Assembly (NCBI GenBank): GCA_027858965.1
Contig: JAQIBS010000020.1
Location: forward strand, 23,569 to 87,568
DNA length: 64,000 nucleotides
DNA from: Kiritimatiellia bacterium
GTDB lineage: Bacteria > Verrucomicrobiota > Kiritimatiellia > RFP12 > UBA1067
Reading direction: 5' to 3'
Below the pieces are notes generated by a model. The model was not told the DNA's origin, searched no databases, and saw only the letters and a program-made list of their open reading frames with translations. Positions 1-13,204 of the stretch are shown one piece after another. A program made the translations under genes and the position numbers. Position 1 is the stretch's first letter. Every line of letters begins with the position of its first letter.

Positions 1-111
1 GCAAACTACAAGCTACTGGCTACAAGCTGGATTGCGGGCGAAGCTCGCATAAGTGCATTAGTTCATTAATGAAAAGAAGTCTATCAAGTCGGCAGGAATC
101 GATAGAGGTCG

Positions 112-645
112 ATGAAAAGAGATATCACATATAACCGCAGAGGCGTAACCCTGCTTGAGATTAGCTTTGTTACCGCAATCGCCGCCGTTTTAATGGCAAT
201 GATTCTCGGTCTGGCTCATCACATGACCGCTGTGTCCAATATTCGCCGAGCTCAGAGCGACTTGGGTGCATGGCACCTGGCCATGGACAACTGGTACGAA
301 ATCTTCGGTGCTTATCCTGGAGAGGTAACTGAGGAAGGAGTTATGACAGAGTTTCTGCTGAGTCATGACGATGAATACTTGGAACTATCGAAGGTTTACT
401 ACGAATGTCGCACAGAATTTTATATCAATGGATATAGAACAAATCAACTCTTTACCAGTTGTTGTACACTGCCCACAAGCATCTACGACCCATGGGGGGA
501 ACCCTATAGATACTTCAGAGATGATAACAAGCAAGCATACAAGTTATTCTCCTGTGGTCCAGACACTGAGAGCGGAAACGTAAATTTTAAGGGTCAAGAC
601 AACCCAGACAGCACAACGCTTGACGATATATTTTTTGAAAATTAA
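112..645 (+). CDS. GspG-like (major-type) pseudopilin, prepilin-type N-terminal cleavage/methylation domain
   Basis: N-terminus RRGVTLLEISFVTAIAAVLMAMILGL (prepilin signature with E at +5); C-terminal DPWGEPYRY...FSCGPD matches the GspG/PulG DPWGNPYVY...SxGxDG motif; GAGG RBS upstream. Confidence 0.7.
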   Translation: MKRDITYNRRGVTLLEISFVTAIAAVLMAMILGLAHHMTAVSNIRRAQSDLGAWHLAMDNWYEIFGAYPGEVTEEGVMTEFLLSHDDEYLELSKVYYECRTEFYINGYRTNQLFTSCCTLPTSIYDPWGEPYRYFRDDNKQAYKLFSCGPDTESGNVNFKGQDNPDSTTLDDIFFEN

Positions 646-670
646 CTCTGAGATTGGCACCGCATATATC

Positions 671-1327
671 ATGAGACAATCTAAAAAACAAAATCTAGAA
701 TCCAGAATCAAAAACGGCTTCACGTTGATGGAGATGCTGATTGTTATCTCTATCATCAGTGTTCTGCTGGGACTGCTCTACGGTGCGTTGGAAAGAGCTC
801 AAAAGTTCAGTCGCCGCGCAATTACCTACACCGAGCTTAAAAATATCGAAGCCGCATTTAAGCAATATGAAGCGCACTATCATCGCTGGCCAACCAACTC
901 GCTGGATACAATAGAAAGCGGTGAAGATAAAGGATTCATCATAAAAGTCGAGATGGCCGCAACTCTTCAAGGAGAGAGAGAGAAAGGCGGAGCCACTTTT
1001 GATCTAATTAATCCCGCAGGCATACCCTTTATGGAATTCAGCAGATATAACTCAGACATCCCCGTAAATCCATTTAAGTCGCTGAATCAAAATCAAGCGA
1101 ACACACCACGAGCATATAGAGTGCTATTCGACACCGATGGTGACAAACAAATTGAAATATCTCAAAACATCTTGCCCGTCGGTGTAATTGCACCAACGGA
1201 CCCGATAACCGCATCGATTGTTGTTTGGACATACATCCCAGCAACAAGGACAACCGATAACGCGGGTACTTATGATGCGGCAACAGATGTGATCCTGGGA
1301 AGCTGGGGATCCTTTGCGACAAGGTAG
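671..1327 (+). CDS. pseudopilin (prepilin-type N-terminal domain protein)
   Basis: KNGFTLMEMLIVISIISVLLGLL canonical G-F-T-L-x-E prepilin leader/helix; internal Met at 671 is preferred over the ORF-track start at 620. Confidence 0.65.
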   Translation: MRQSKKQNLESRIKNGFTLMEMLIVISIISVLLGLLYGALERAQKFSRRAITYTELKNIEAAFKQYEAHYHRWPTNSLDTIESGEDKGFIIKVEMAATLQGEREKGGATFDLINPAGIPFMEFSRYNSDIPVNPFKSLNQNQANTPRAYRVLFDTDGDKQIEISQNILPVGVIAPTDPITASIVVWTYIPATRTTDNAGTYDAATDVILGSWGSFATR

Positions 1328-1348
1328 CAGAGAGTAATTAAAAATAAA

Positions 1349-2131
1349 ATGAAACCACAGCCATACAATCGAAAAGCTATCTCGCCAGCGCAGAATGCGC
1401 TGTGTGTAAAGCCGTACAGCGGCTTTACTATTATTGAGCTTGTGATTGTAATTGGAATACTATCCATTCTGTTGGCGATATCGTTACCAACCGTAAAATC
1501 AGTCAGAAACGCAGCTGAACGTCGTAAAGCTGGCATACAGGCAACCCTGCTCACCCAGGCAGTAATCAAATATAAAACAGTCTATGGTTTTTGGCCAGGC
1601 CAGCTGACCGAAAGCAATAACTACACAACAAAAGACCCCCAACTGGAATTACGCAATGATTTCGAATTGAACAACAACGAGATGATCATACCAGAGATAA
1701 TCTCCCATTACGGCAATGACAGTTTCACAGTGACAACAACTTCCAATGGCGGAAATGTTAAAACTATATACATTAAAGATAACTATCTCTATCGCGCATT
1801 AAACACGATTGATCCAAATCCAAACACTAAGAATGGTTCTCTCTACCAAGCCAACCCTTTGAATCCAAAACAAATCGAATTCCTTGACCTGGATAATAAA
1901 ACCGTCTTAGAATCTACCGACTTCACAGACCCTTGGGATAATCAGTTTATCGTTTTCATGGGGCTTAACCCAAAAACCACATATACTCATGAAATGACAT
2001 TTGAGATCAACGGCCCCATCTCCTATATGAGTGTCAGCAACACAACTGCGTTCGCATTCTCAATAGGACCAGAAGCAAATGAGAGCAGAAAATACATCTA
2101 CTCGGCAGGGGTACAGTACCATGAAAGATAG
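1349..2131 (+). CDS. pseudopilin, GspG-like paralog (260 aa)
   Basis: YSGFTIIELVIVIGILSILLAISLP; DPWDNQFIVF variant of the GspG motif. Confidence 0.65.
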   Translation: MKPQPYNRKAISPAQNALCVKPYSGFTIIELVIVIGILSILLAISLPTVKSVRNAAERRKAGIQATLLTQAVIKYKTVYGFWPGQLTESNNYTTKDPQLELRNDFELNNNEMIIPEIISHYGNDSFTVTTTSNGGNVKTIYIKDNYLYRALNTIDPNPNTKNGSLYQANPLNPKQIEFLDLDNKTVLESTDFTDPWDNQFIVFMGLNPKTTYTHEMTFEINGPISYMSVSNTTAFAFSIGPEANESRKYIYSAGVQYHER

Positions 2132-2744
2132 ACGCTCTGCATTCACCCTCTTTGAACTGCTTGCCGTGTTGACGGTGACTGGTATCATACTCATGGTTGC
2201 CCTTGGTGGCTACAACTCATGGAGTACCATGCACGCCTGTACGGGAAGCGCCCGTATTATGAAAGCGGGATTAAACCAAGCTCGCACTTTGGCTCAGAGT
2301 AAAAATAAATATGTTTTATTCGATTATAATAATGAGCCCATCAATCAAGCGGACACACCTCAATTTCAAATATATATCTGCACTAATGTAACCAGTGCAA
2401 CCGAAATTTTAATTAGCGATCTAGATCCAAATGATCCAATCGATATAGAAGATCCAGACCTAATCACGCTTGGCACATTCCGGTCCGCCCCTCGCCAACA
2501 GCTCCCAAAACATGTCTCTATTGGAGCGTTAGACTCTCTTAAGGGCCCAAATACACGCCCGGATCATAACGCAGCACACCTTGCATTCCGGCCTGATGGG
2601 TCAATCATACAAGAAAGGGATATTACTCCCCATAGCCACTATATTGGAATATACACAAAGCGTAAATTTGACGAAAAACCGATAAAACGCTACTTGAGGA
2701 TAGATCTCACGACAGCGTCAATTGAAATTATCAACGACGAATAA
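2121..2744 (+). CDS. pseudopilin (minor)
   Basis: RRSAFTLFELLAVLTVTGIILMVALGG; start chosen at MKDRRSAF (ATG 2121), overlapping the previous gene's stop, which suggests translational coupling. Confidence 0.6.
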   Translation: MKDRRSAFTLFELLAVLTVTGIILMVALGGYNSWSTMHACTGSARIMKAGLNQARTLAQSKNKYVLFDYNNEPINQADTPQFQIYICTNVTSATEILISDLDPNDPIDIEDPDLITLGTFRSAPRQQLPKHVSIGALDSLKGPNTRPDHNAAHLAFRPDGSIIQERDITPHSHYIGIYTKRKFDEKPIKRYLRIDLTTASIEIINDE

Positions 2745-2766
2745 TAAGACAGGTTGAAGATTATAC

Positions 2767-3324
2767 ATGACAAGCAAATACCATAACTTAAACATAACAA
2801 ACAACGGGTTCACTTTAATTGAAATTGCGTTGGTACTATTGGTTATTGGTGTAGCCTTCCTAGGGATTATGGGGCTGGGACATGGCGGCCAGGAATCCGT
2901 CAAAGAAGCCGACAACAACGCCAGATGTGATGACCTAGCTTCAACCCTCTTTAAGACTTTAGAAGTATATAATCAACGCTTCAGCGAAATACAGGCCAAT
3001 ACCCCTGAAAAAAACTGGTCCAGTCAATGGTATGCAGCAATTGGAGAAAACAAACTTCAATTCCCTCCGGTAGCAGGTATGAGCAATCTTTACAACCTAA
3101 TGATCAACGAAGGCTACACCCGTGCAATAGACAACAAATCAATCTATTTGGACAACTGGCACCCATATTACGCACTCATTATGGCAACAAACAAGACATC
3201 TTCTGTTTTTAGTCAACCCAATATGTTTCACGTGAGGCTGCAAATTCTGCCTGATGGTGACACATACTCAAGCGACGAACGAATTTACACGACAACCCTG
3301 ATCAAAAATGGGGGGCTGCAATGA
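2767..3324 (+). CDS. pseudopilin (minor)
   Basis: NNGFTLIEIALVLLVIGVAFLGIMG prepilin N-terminus. Confidence 0.6.
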   Translation: MTSKYHNLNITNNGFTLIEIALVLLVIGVAFLGIMGLGHGGQESVKEADNNARCDDLASTLFKTLEVYNQRFSEIQANTPEKNWSSQWYAAIGENKLQFPPVAGMSNLYNLMINEGYTRAIDNKSIYLDNWHPYYALIMATNKTSSVFSQPNMFHVRLQILPDGDTYSSDERIYTTTLIKNGGLQ

Positions 3325-4166
3325 AAAGGTTATTTTCATCAAACTCCGGCCTAACGATGATTGAGCTAGTTAGCGCAGTATCATTATTCATAGTGATTCT
3401 GGGAGCGCTTACTATGGCACTCAACAAAACAATCGAAATATGGAGCCCTAAACACACAAACCAAGACGAAAAAATAGTCGCACAAAAAATTCTTAACCTT
3501 CTGGAGCAAGATCTTAGTTATGCTGTCGCCGATAATGGAGTGCCCTTTGACACAAGCATATCAACAAATGCACCAACATTTATTGCAAACCCCACTATAA
3601 ACGTCAAGAAGTTGAATATTCTTCTGGGATTTATCAAATACAGCTCATTGAATACGCCCTCCGATATAGCCCCTGCTCTCGACACTGTTTTCTACACCTA
3701 TTACGAAGGAGCTCTATTTCGACGTATAATACCTCTGGATTATGAGGATGTTGATGATCCCGAACATATTGGTGTTTTGTTAGAATTAGAGAGGGCAAAA
3801 GTTATAGGGGAGATAGGAATTCACAATAAGATGATAGAATTCATTAATAATCCCTTAAACAACCCTGAACCGACGATAGATATTGGCTTATTTTCATTGA
3901 TCGCAACTAAAGTCGAGATCAAAAATGTATCCATTGAAATCCCAGATGCTTCAACAGGTGAGAATAATGAGATTGAATCATCTGTACTGCCGGATCTGCT
4001 GTTCTTCTCTCTCAAGCTATACAATGACCGTGATTGGCCAAAATTTGTGAATGCAGAAAAAGCCACGAATGATGATGAGAAACTCACACAACTAACACGA
4101 CATCTAGGCTTTGAGAGCTCACGTATGATACAATTCAGGACGGTATCAGGAACAAGACTAAAGTAA
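3321..4166 (+). CDS. pseudopilin (minor, GspJ-position)
   Basis: NSGLTMIELVSAVSLFIVILGALTMAL; ATGA start/stop overlap with the upstream gene. Confidence 0.55.
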   Translation: MKRLFSSNSGLTMIELVSAVSLFIVILGALTMALNKTIEIWSPKHTNQDEKIVAQKILNLLEQDLSYAVADNGVPFDTSISTNAPTFIANPTINVKKLNILLGFIKYSSLNTPSDIAPALDTVFYTYYEGALFRRIIPLDYEDVDDPEHIGVLLELERAKVIGEIGIHNKMIEFINNPLNNPEPTIDIGLFSLIATKVEIKNVSIEIPDASTGENNEIESSVLPDLLFFSLKLYNDRDWPKFVNAEKATNDDEKLTQLTRHLGFESSRMIQFRTVSGTRLK

Positions 4167-4281
4167 AGAAGTGTATGCTGCTCTGATAGCCGCCACTGCA
4201 TATGTATTGAATGTAGCGGACTCTCTATGAGAGGCACAGAATTGGCCATAAACCAGTAACAGCTTAAACCATAAGAATATC

Positions 4282-8042
<3,761 letters not shown>

Positions 8043-8043
<1 letters not shown>

Positions 8044-8063
8044 AACGCAGCAAGCTGCGTTTT
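8043..8063 (+). terminator. rho-independent terminator after the pseudopilin operon
   Basis: aaacgcagc-aa-gctgcgtttt perfect 9-bp stem plus T-run immediately after the stop at 8041-8043. Confidence 0.6.
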
Positions 8064-8199
8064 AGGTTGAAGTGGTTGAAAGAATTGAAAAATTGGTTGC
8101 CTGCCTGTTGGCAGATAGGCGGTTGCGGAAGCTACGGTTAATTGATAAAATATTATCGTTTTCAACGGAGGTCTCTTATGAGTCATAAAATCAGACAAT

Positions 8200-8598
8200 T
8201 TGTTAGTAAAGGATTCTACAGGTAAGCGAATCATCATTGAGCTTCAATATAAAGATGAGGCAGATTATTTTCACAGGATGGCCTTTGGTGTCAGTAAATT
8301 GATTGCTGCATCTATCAATGAAATATTCCCCACTTTTTATATTCTGCGAATTAATGATTTTGATGATTTGCCCAAGGATGGATTGGATCAGTGGATATAT
8401 TTTCTGAAAAACGAAGCGTTGCCGGAAAACATTACTGCAAAAGGGCTGAAAGAGGCCCAGGACAAACTGGATATAATGAAGCTCAGTACGGCAGAGAGAT
8501 CGGCATACGATGAGTATCAGGAGCAGCTACGTATTGAAGCCAGCGAGATAGAGTTCAGAAAATGCTTAATGGATAAACTCAAGGAATCTCAGATTTAA
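8200..8598 (+). pseudogene. Rpn/YhgA-family (PD-(D/E)XK, transposase_31) nuclease fragment
   Basis: GKRIIIELQYKDEADYFHRMAFGVSKLIAAS resembles the '...IEMQ...' core of the TIGR01784 family; only about 130 aa where full-length members are about 290; upstream ATG (8178) is in another frame and stops after 15 codons; ORF begins at TTG. Confidence 0.35.
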
Positions 8599-8763
8599 AG
8601 TTGAAGTGGTTAGAACTGTAGGATTGCTTCTATGAAGCAAGATTGTCTATCCAATGTACCTGCCAAAGACTCGCCATGATAAGGAACACTCTTTATTTGG
8701 CTCATAGAGCCAACGCTACATCCCCAGGACGCGCCTTTTGAAAGTAACTGACATCCCAACTTT

Positions 8764-8856
8764 TCAAACACTCAAACCATCAAACCCTTAAACCCTCAAA
8801 CCTTCAAACCTTTTAACCCACTTTAACCTTCAACTTTTTTAACCCCTTCAACCTCT
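8764..8856. repeat. degenerate tandem 7/8-mer array (TCAAACC / TTAAACC units)
   Basis: caaacactcaaaccatcaaacccttaaaccctcaaaccttcaaacc... read directly. Confidence 0.8.
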
Positions 8857-8863
8857 TCTAACT

Positions 8864-9211
8864 ATGATCACATACAAACTGGTAATGCCCGAGCATCTGA
8901 ATAAATTTGGCGATCTCTTTGGAGGTAATATGCTCAAATGGGTCGATGAAGTCGCTGCAATGGCTGTATTCATCGACTTTCCCGGCTCACGATTCCTAAC
9001 TATTGGCATGGATCAGATCGAGTTCAAACGACCTGTAAAAAACGGTGCTGTTCTTAAATTCGTAATCACCCCTCTCAAAGAGGGACACACCTCTGTCACC
9101 TACAGCGTCAGCGTGGTTGAACCAAACCACTATGACAACCCCTACTTCACTACCAGCGTCACCTTCGTCCGTGTTAACAAAGAGATGAAAAAAATCCCGG
9201 TCAGGGATTAA
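8864..9211 (+). CDS. acyl-CoA thioesterase (hotdog fold, YciA-like)
   Basis: MPEHLNKFGDLFGGNMLKWVDEVAAMAV is a typical YciA/acyl-CoA hydrolase N-terminus; 115 aa. Confidence 0.6.
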   Translation: MITYKLVMPEHLNKFGDLFGGNMLKWVDEVAAMAVFIDFPGSRFLTIGMDQIEFKRPVKNGAVLKFVITPLKEGHTSVTYSVSVVEPNHYDNPYFTTSVTFVRVNKEMKKIPVRD

Positions 9212-9348
9212 TAGTGCGAAAGTTCTTATTATTGTCCACAAAGAACACAAGGAGCGCAAAGAAAAAGTCATATTCAAATTAACATATATAAATCTTTGTG
9301 TTCTATGTACTACAATCATTCAAATCCTTGTTTTCTGTGCGCGTTTTT

Positions 9349-9425
9349 TATCTCTCACAGAGTCACAGAGTGCACAGAGTAATATCTTTAGTGGTTTTCT
9401 CTCTGTGTTCTCTGTGACTCTGTGA
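9349..9425. repeat. long near-perfect inverted repeat (about 29-bp arms, about 18-nt loop)
   Basis: tctctcacagagtcacagagtgcacagag ... ctctgtgttctctgtgactctgtgagaaa. Confidence 0.8.
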
Positions 9426-9581
9426 GAAATAATTCTTGGAGCAGTAATATCTTGTAATCCTGTCAAAAATAATGGTTGCGGCTATGCTGCGCTATGTTCT
9501 TTCGCATGCCACGTCGTCATGTCACGCCGGACAAAAGAAGGCGGAAGACGCGAAGCGCGTAGACGGGTGGATAAAACAAAA

Positions 9582-9618
9582 GGCCGTTCAGCAATACTGA
9601 ACAGCCTTCTTTTCGTGT
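9582..9618. terminator. bidirectional rho-independent terminator
   Basis: ggccgttcag-caata-ctgaacagcc stem flanked by an A-run upstream and ttcttttcg downstream; lies between convergent genes 8864-9211(+) and 9831-11402(-). Confidence 0.5.
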
Positions 9619-9830
9619 CGGCTCTATGCTGTGGATGATTTAGCAGCAACCCTAAAGCCTCAAAAAAGTTTTGACCGACAATTTCCCGAAAAGAACAATT
9701 GATTGTTCTTTCAGTCGCTTAAGCGACTATACTCCACTGCAATCAGCCCTGCGTGCAGGGCTGCTCATAAAACGGCCCTCCACACAGCTATTCCGCACAG
9801 CGGAATTGAGTCATCCGGCGCGCCGGATGA

Positions 9831-11402
9831 CTACTGCATCGGCGCCCAGTCATCGGTACGGAAAGGTGATGCAGGGAATCCCTCTTTGTTATAGAGGTTA
9901 CATCCAACCGGATTGTTAGCCCATGCATAACGTACAGCAACCGGTTCCTTTACCTCAGGAGAGCTGACAACCACTGTCTTGCCGACAACTTTAGCCTCTG
10001 CCACAACAAACTTCTTGTCAGCTCCGGCAATCGCAAAGGTCTTCAGCGCCCCGCCCTTTGCTTCCAGTCCACTGCCGGCATCATCAAAGCTAAGCACAAT
10101 CTTGCTGCCATCTTTTTTCATCCCCGTATACAGAGGACTGCCGGCAACAATTTTTTTACCATAGGTTCTTGCCAACGCCTGCTGAGCCAGACGATATCCA
10201 ATGGCCTGTTTATTTTTCGGATGAATATCTGTGGCATTACCAACATCAATACCAACAGCAATTCCAAAACCTTTCATCTCTTGATGACATTTGAGAAAAC
10301 TCTCACGAATAAAGGCCCATGGACTATCTTCCACCGGATTAACCTGAGCTTTTCTGAAATCAACCAGCTGAACGGCATAAAAAGGAAACTCCGATTTCCA
10401 GACCCGACGCCACTCAGAAACCATGGTTTCCATCATTTCGCGATAGAGAATTGCCTTTTCATATGATCCGGCATTACTCTCGCCTTGATACCAGATTGCC
10501 CCGCGAATGCCATACGGCACAAAAGGATTGATCATTGCATTATAGAGGTTAGCGGGATAGTGCTGTGATTTATGAGGATGAATAGACTTACGTGGAGCAC
10601 GCGGTGCTTTCTTACCAGCAGCCTTTGCCGCTTTCACCTTCATCTGCCAAGCCTTTTTCTGCATCTGATATTTTTTCTCAGCAACTGCCGGATCAAAGGT
10701 CTTTGCACTCTTATCAGCAGTGATCTTATAATCCATAACAAATTTATAGGGTTTCAGTGCAGCCATGGGAGTCCATGCCTCAATACGTGTTCCACCCCAG
10801 GAGGTACGAATCAATCCCACAGGAACATCCAATTCCTTGTGCAGCCTGCGGCCAAAGAAATATGCAGCCGCGGAAAAAGAACCCACATTCTCCGGGGTAC
10901 AGACCTTCCACATGCCGGGACATGTATTTTCAGGTTTGAGTGATGTCACACTACTTGTTAAGAACATACGGATCAGAGGATAATTTGCAGCAGCCTTCTC
11001 CTTATCAAAATCATTAGAGCGGCTGACCGACATCGACATATTCGACTGTCCAGAGCAAAGCCATACTTCACCAACCAGAACTCCCTGAATCTCCTTCTTT
11101 TCGCCAGCATCATTAACGACACTCAATATACGCGGCTCTTTGGATGCTTTCAGATCTTTCAGCATAACAGTAAATTTGCCATCTTCCCCGGCTTTCACTG
11201 TCTGCTTCTGATCCGCAAACGAAACCGTTACGCTCTTACCCGGATCATCCCAGCCCCAGACGGCCACAGCCTGATCACGCTGCAACACCATTCCATTAGA
11301 AAATACAGAAGGCAGCTTTAATTCAGCAAAGCCTGTTCCACCCAATGCCACCACCAGTAGCATAACCGCAATCTTCTTCAACCGACAATTCATAATATAC
11401 AT
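9831..11402 (-). CDS. sialate O-acetylesterase (SASA/DUF303 family) with signal peptide
   Basis: GEVWLCSGQSNMSMSV (GQSNM motif of sialic-acid-specific 9-O-acetylesterases); N-terminal signal peptide MNCRLKKIAVMLLVVALGG. Confidence 0.65.
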   Translation of the reverse strand: MYIMNCRLKKIAVMLLVVALGGTGFAELKLPSVFSNGMVLQRDQAVAVWGWDDPGKSVTVSFADQKQTVKAGEDGKFTVMLKDLKASKEPRILSVVNDAGEKKEIQGVLVGEVWLCSGQSNMSMSVSRSNDFDKEKAAANYPLIRMFLTSSVTSLKPENTCPGMWKVCTPENVGSFSAAAYFFGRRLHKELDVPVGLIRTSWGGTRIEAWTPMAALKPYKFVMDYKITADKSAKTFDPAVAEKKYQMQKKAWQMKVKAAKAAGKKAPRAPRKSIHPHKSQHYPANLYNAMINPFVPYGIRGAIWYQGESNAGSYEKAILYREMMETMVSEWRRVWKSEFPFYAVQLVDFRKAQVNPVEDSPWAFIRESFLKCHQEMKGFGIAVGIDVGNATDIHPKNKQAIGYRLAQQALARTYGKKIVAGSPLYTGMKKDGSKIVLSFDDAGSGLEAKGGALKTFAIAGADKKFVVAEAKVVGKTVVVSSPEVKEPVAVRYAWANNPVGCNLYNKEGFPASPFRTDDWAPMQ

Positions 11403-11547
11403 CCTCTTAGAATTAATAATGGATAAATGATAACATGAAACAGCCTGATTGCAAAATAATGATTTTGATTACAGCACAAATTAATGAGATGACACATATG
11501 AAAATATCAAGGTTCGTCCAACTTTTTCATGGGTAAATCATCGCTAC

Positions 11548-11626
11548 TCGGTATCGGGACCGCTATCGCTATCGGACAAAGCAAGCATCAGTTTAAATTC
11601 GATACCGATACCGATTGCGATACCAA
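11548..11626. promoter_or_regulatory. imperfect long palindrome built from GGTATCG/CGATACC heptamers in a divergent promoter region
   Basis: ctcggtatcgggaccgctatcgctatcgga ...22-nt spacer... tcgataccgataccgattgcgataccaat between the SASA gene start (11402, -) and tRNA-Val (11823, +). Confidence 0.35.
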
Positions 11627-11822
11627 TAACCAAGATCAACATTCACGTGTACACTACAGATTTTGGAGCTATCAATACCATTTCAGCAATCAATAACCTC
11701 CAACTGAAAAAAAGTTGCCCCACACAAAAGCAATAGCACATAAGCATATTAAAACATGTTTTATAAAAAACAGACTTTCGTAAAACGTCCGATTAATGTA
11801 TATTACTATCACTTGGTCACAT

Positions 11823-11899
11823 GGGGGATTAGCTCAGTTGGTTAGAGCGCCTGCTTCACACGCAGGAAGTCAGCAGTTCGAGTCTGCTATTCCCCACCA
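11823..11899 (+). tRNA. tRNA-Val (anticodon CAC)
   Basis: GGGGGATTAGCTCAGTTGGTTAGAGCGCCTGCTTCACACGCAGGAAGTCAGCAGTTCGAGTCTGCTATTCCCCACCA folds as a cloverleaf; anticodon loop TTCACAC; encoded CCA. Confidence 0.9.
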
Positions 11900-12142
11900 T
11901 TTCTTTTCAGTCGACAGTTTCCAGTCGCCAGTTTTCAATCAACGGCTCATTAGAGTGCTTTAACAGAGTTCGTATCTGAAGTCTTATCTTCAAATTCTTT
12001 CACATCCTCCTCCGACCATACGCCCATTTTACCTTAAAAATGATTCTGTCAATAATCTAATCGCTTAAGCGGGCCAAACAAGAACATGAGAATTATCACA
12101 ATAATCCAGACAATGAGAGAAATCTGAGAAATTTTAAACAGT

Positions 12143-12520
12143 TTATACCAGATGGTTGTTGGAGACTTTATGTCGGTTTAATTGGCGAAAGATTTCCTGA
12201 TCTTTTGACTGCCAGAACAGGCGGACCCCACTTGAATAGAATTTTATTTTCCGGTAGATTTCTGGATTCAGGTTTTCGCCCCATATAAGACCCACGTCCA
12301 TGATATTAAGTTTATCCTTATAATAATCGGATAACTCTTTACTATGCCTGCAGGACACAACCATTCCTGCAATTTTATATTTGTAAAGAGGGGTAACTGT
12401 GTGTTCCCGACCATCTTCGGCTGTTATGAGAAAAGACGGCCTGGTCGTCTCAGTTTGAACCGGAGATAAACGGGTGGCTTCAGGAAATGATACGTAACGG
12501 GGCAACTCACGTTTTTTCAT
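12143..12520 (-). CDS. hypothetical protein (125 aa)
   Basis: ORF only; no recognisable motif. Confidence 0.3.
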   Translation of the reverse strand: MKKRELPRYVSFPEATRLSPVQTETTRPSFLITAEDGREHTVTPLYKYKIAGMVVSCRHSKELSDYYKDKLNIMDVGLIWGENLNPEIYRKIKFYSSGVRLFWQSKDQEIFRQLNRHKVSNNHLV

Positions 12521-12869
12521 AAAAAAAACAGCGTCAATCCGATAAGAGTCAGTGATATAAAATGCTTAACTTTCCGCATATTTCTTATAATATTTTTGAG
12601 GCAGAATGATTTTGAGGCAGACCCGTAAAGACGAGAAAAGCTGGCACTTTGCGACAGCAATGACCGAAAAGAGCTAAGCCTAAAAACAGTAATGGACTAA
12701 CCAGTAGAACACTAAAAACACTAAAGCATGCTGTGCTACGCTCTTCGTGGTTCATTTCCGTTTCCAGGCTAAATAAAAACTTAGCACATAACCAAAATAA
12801 AAACACGCGCGGCTTTTCTTGCCGCGCGCAGGTCGTTCTTAATACATCACAGAAAATCGCTTCATCAAT

Positions 12870-12980
12870 CTATGCTTTATTCTTCTTCTCTATCTTCAAT
12901 TGTTTTTTTTCCTTAGGTGACAATTTGGCTTTTTTCTGTTGTTCCCTTTTGCCTTTATCTTTTTTTCCAGTATCGCCCAT
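12870..12980 (-). CDS. small lysine-rich peptide (36 aa) MGDTGKKDKGKREQQKKAKLSPKEKKQLKIEKKNKA
   Basis: ATG preceded by AAGAAAGAGGA (strong SD) at correct spacing; below the ORF-track length cut-off; lies in a 700-bp otherwise gene-free interval. Confidence 0.3.
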   Translation of the reverse strand: MGDTGKKDKGKREQQKKAKLSPKEKKQLKIEKKNKA

Positions 12981-13204
12981 GGTAGTCCTCTTTCTTTATC
13001 ATGTATAAATGTTCAGATGTGAAATAAGCAGAATTGCTTTTTCCCCATATTCAATACGATTATGATAATAAGAATTAAGATTTAATACAAGAGCAGAATT
13101 CGCGCATTTCAGTTCCGTTGAATTTCCTGGTAAGTTGAATTAATGCAAAGGAAAGTAGTGCAAGCATCCTGCTTGCCTCAATAATTAGCCAAGGCCATCA
13201 GCCA

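Noticed and set aside
9671-9919. Two overlapping 60-80-aa plus-strand ORFs upstream of the SASA gene
   Set aside because: They overlap the 3' end of the SASA gene and the terminator region, have no RBS, and have low-complexity, Ala/Arg-rich compositions typical of out-of-frame translation.
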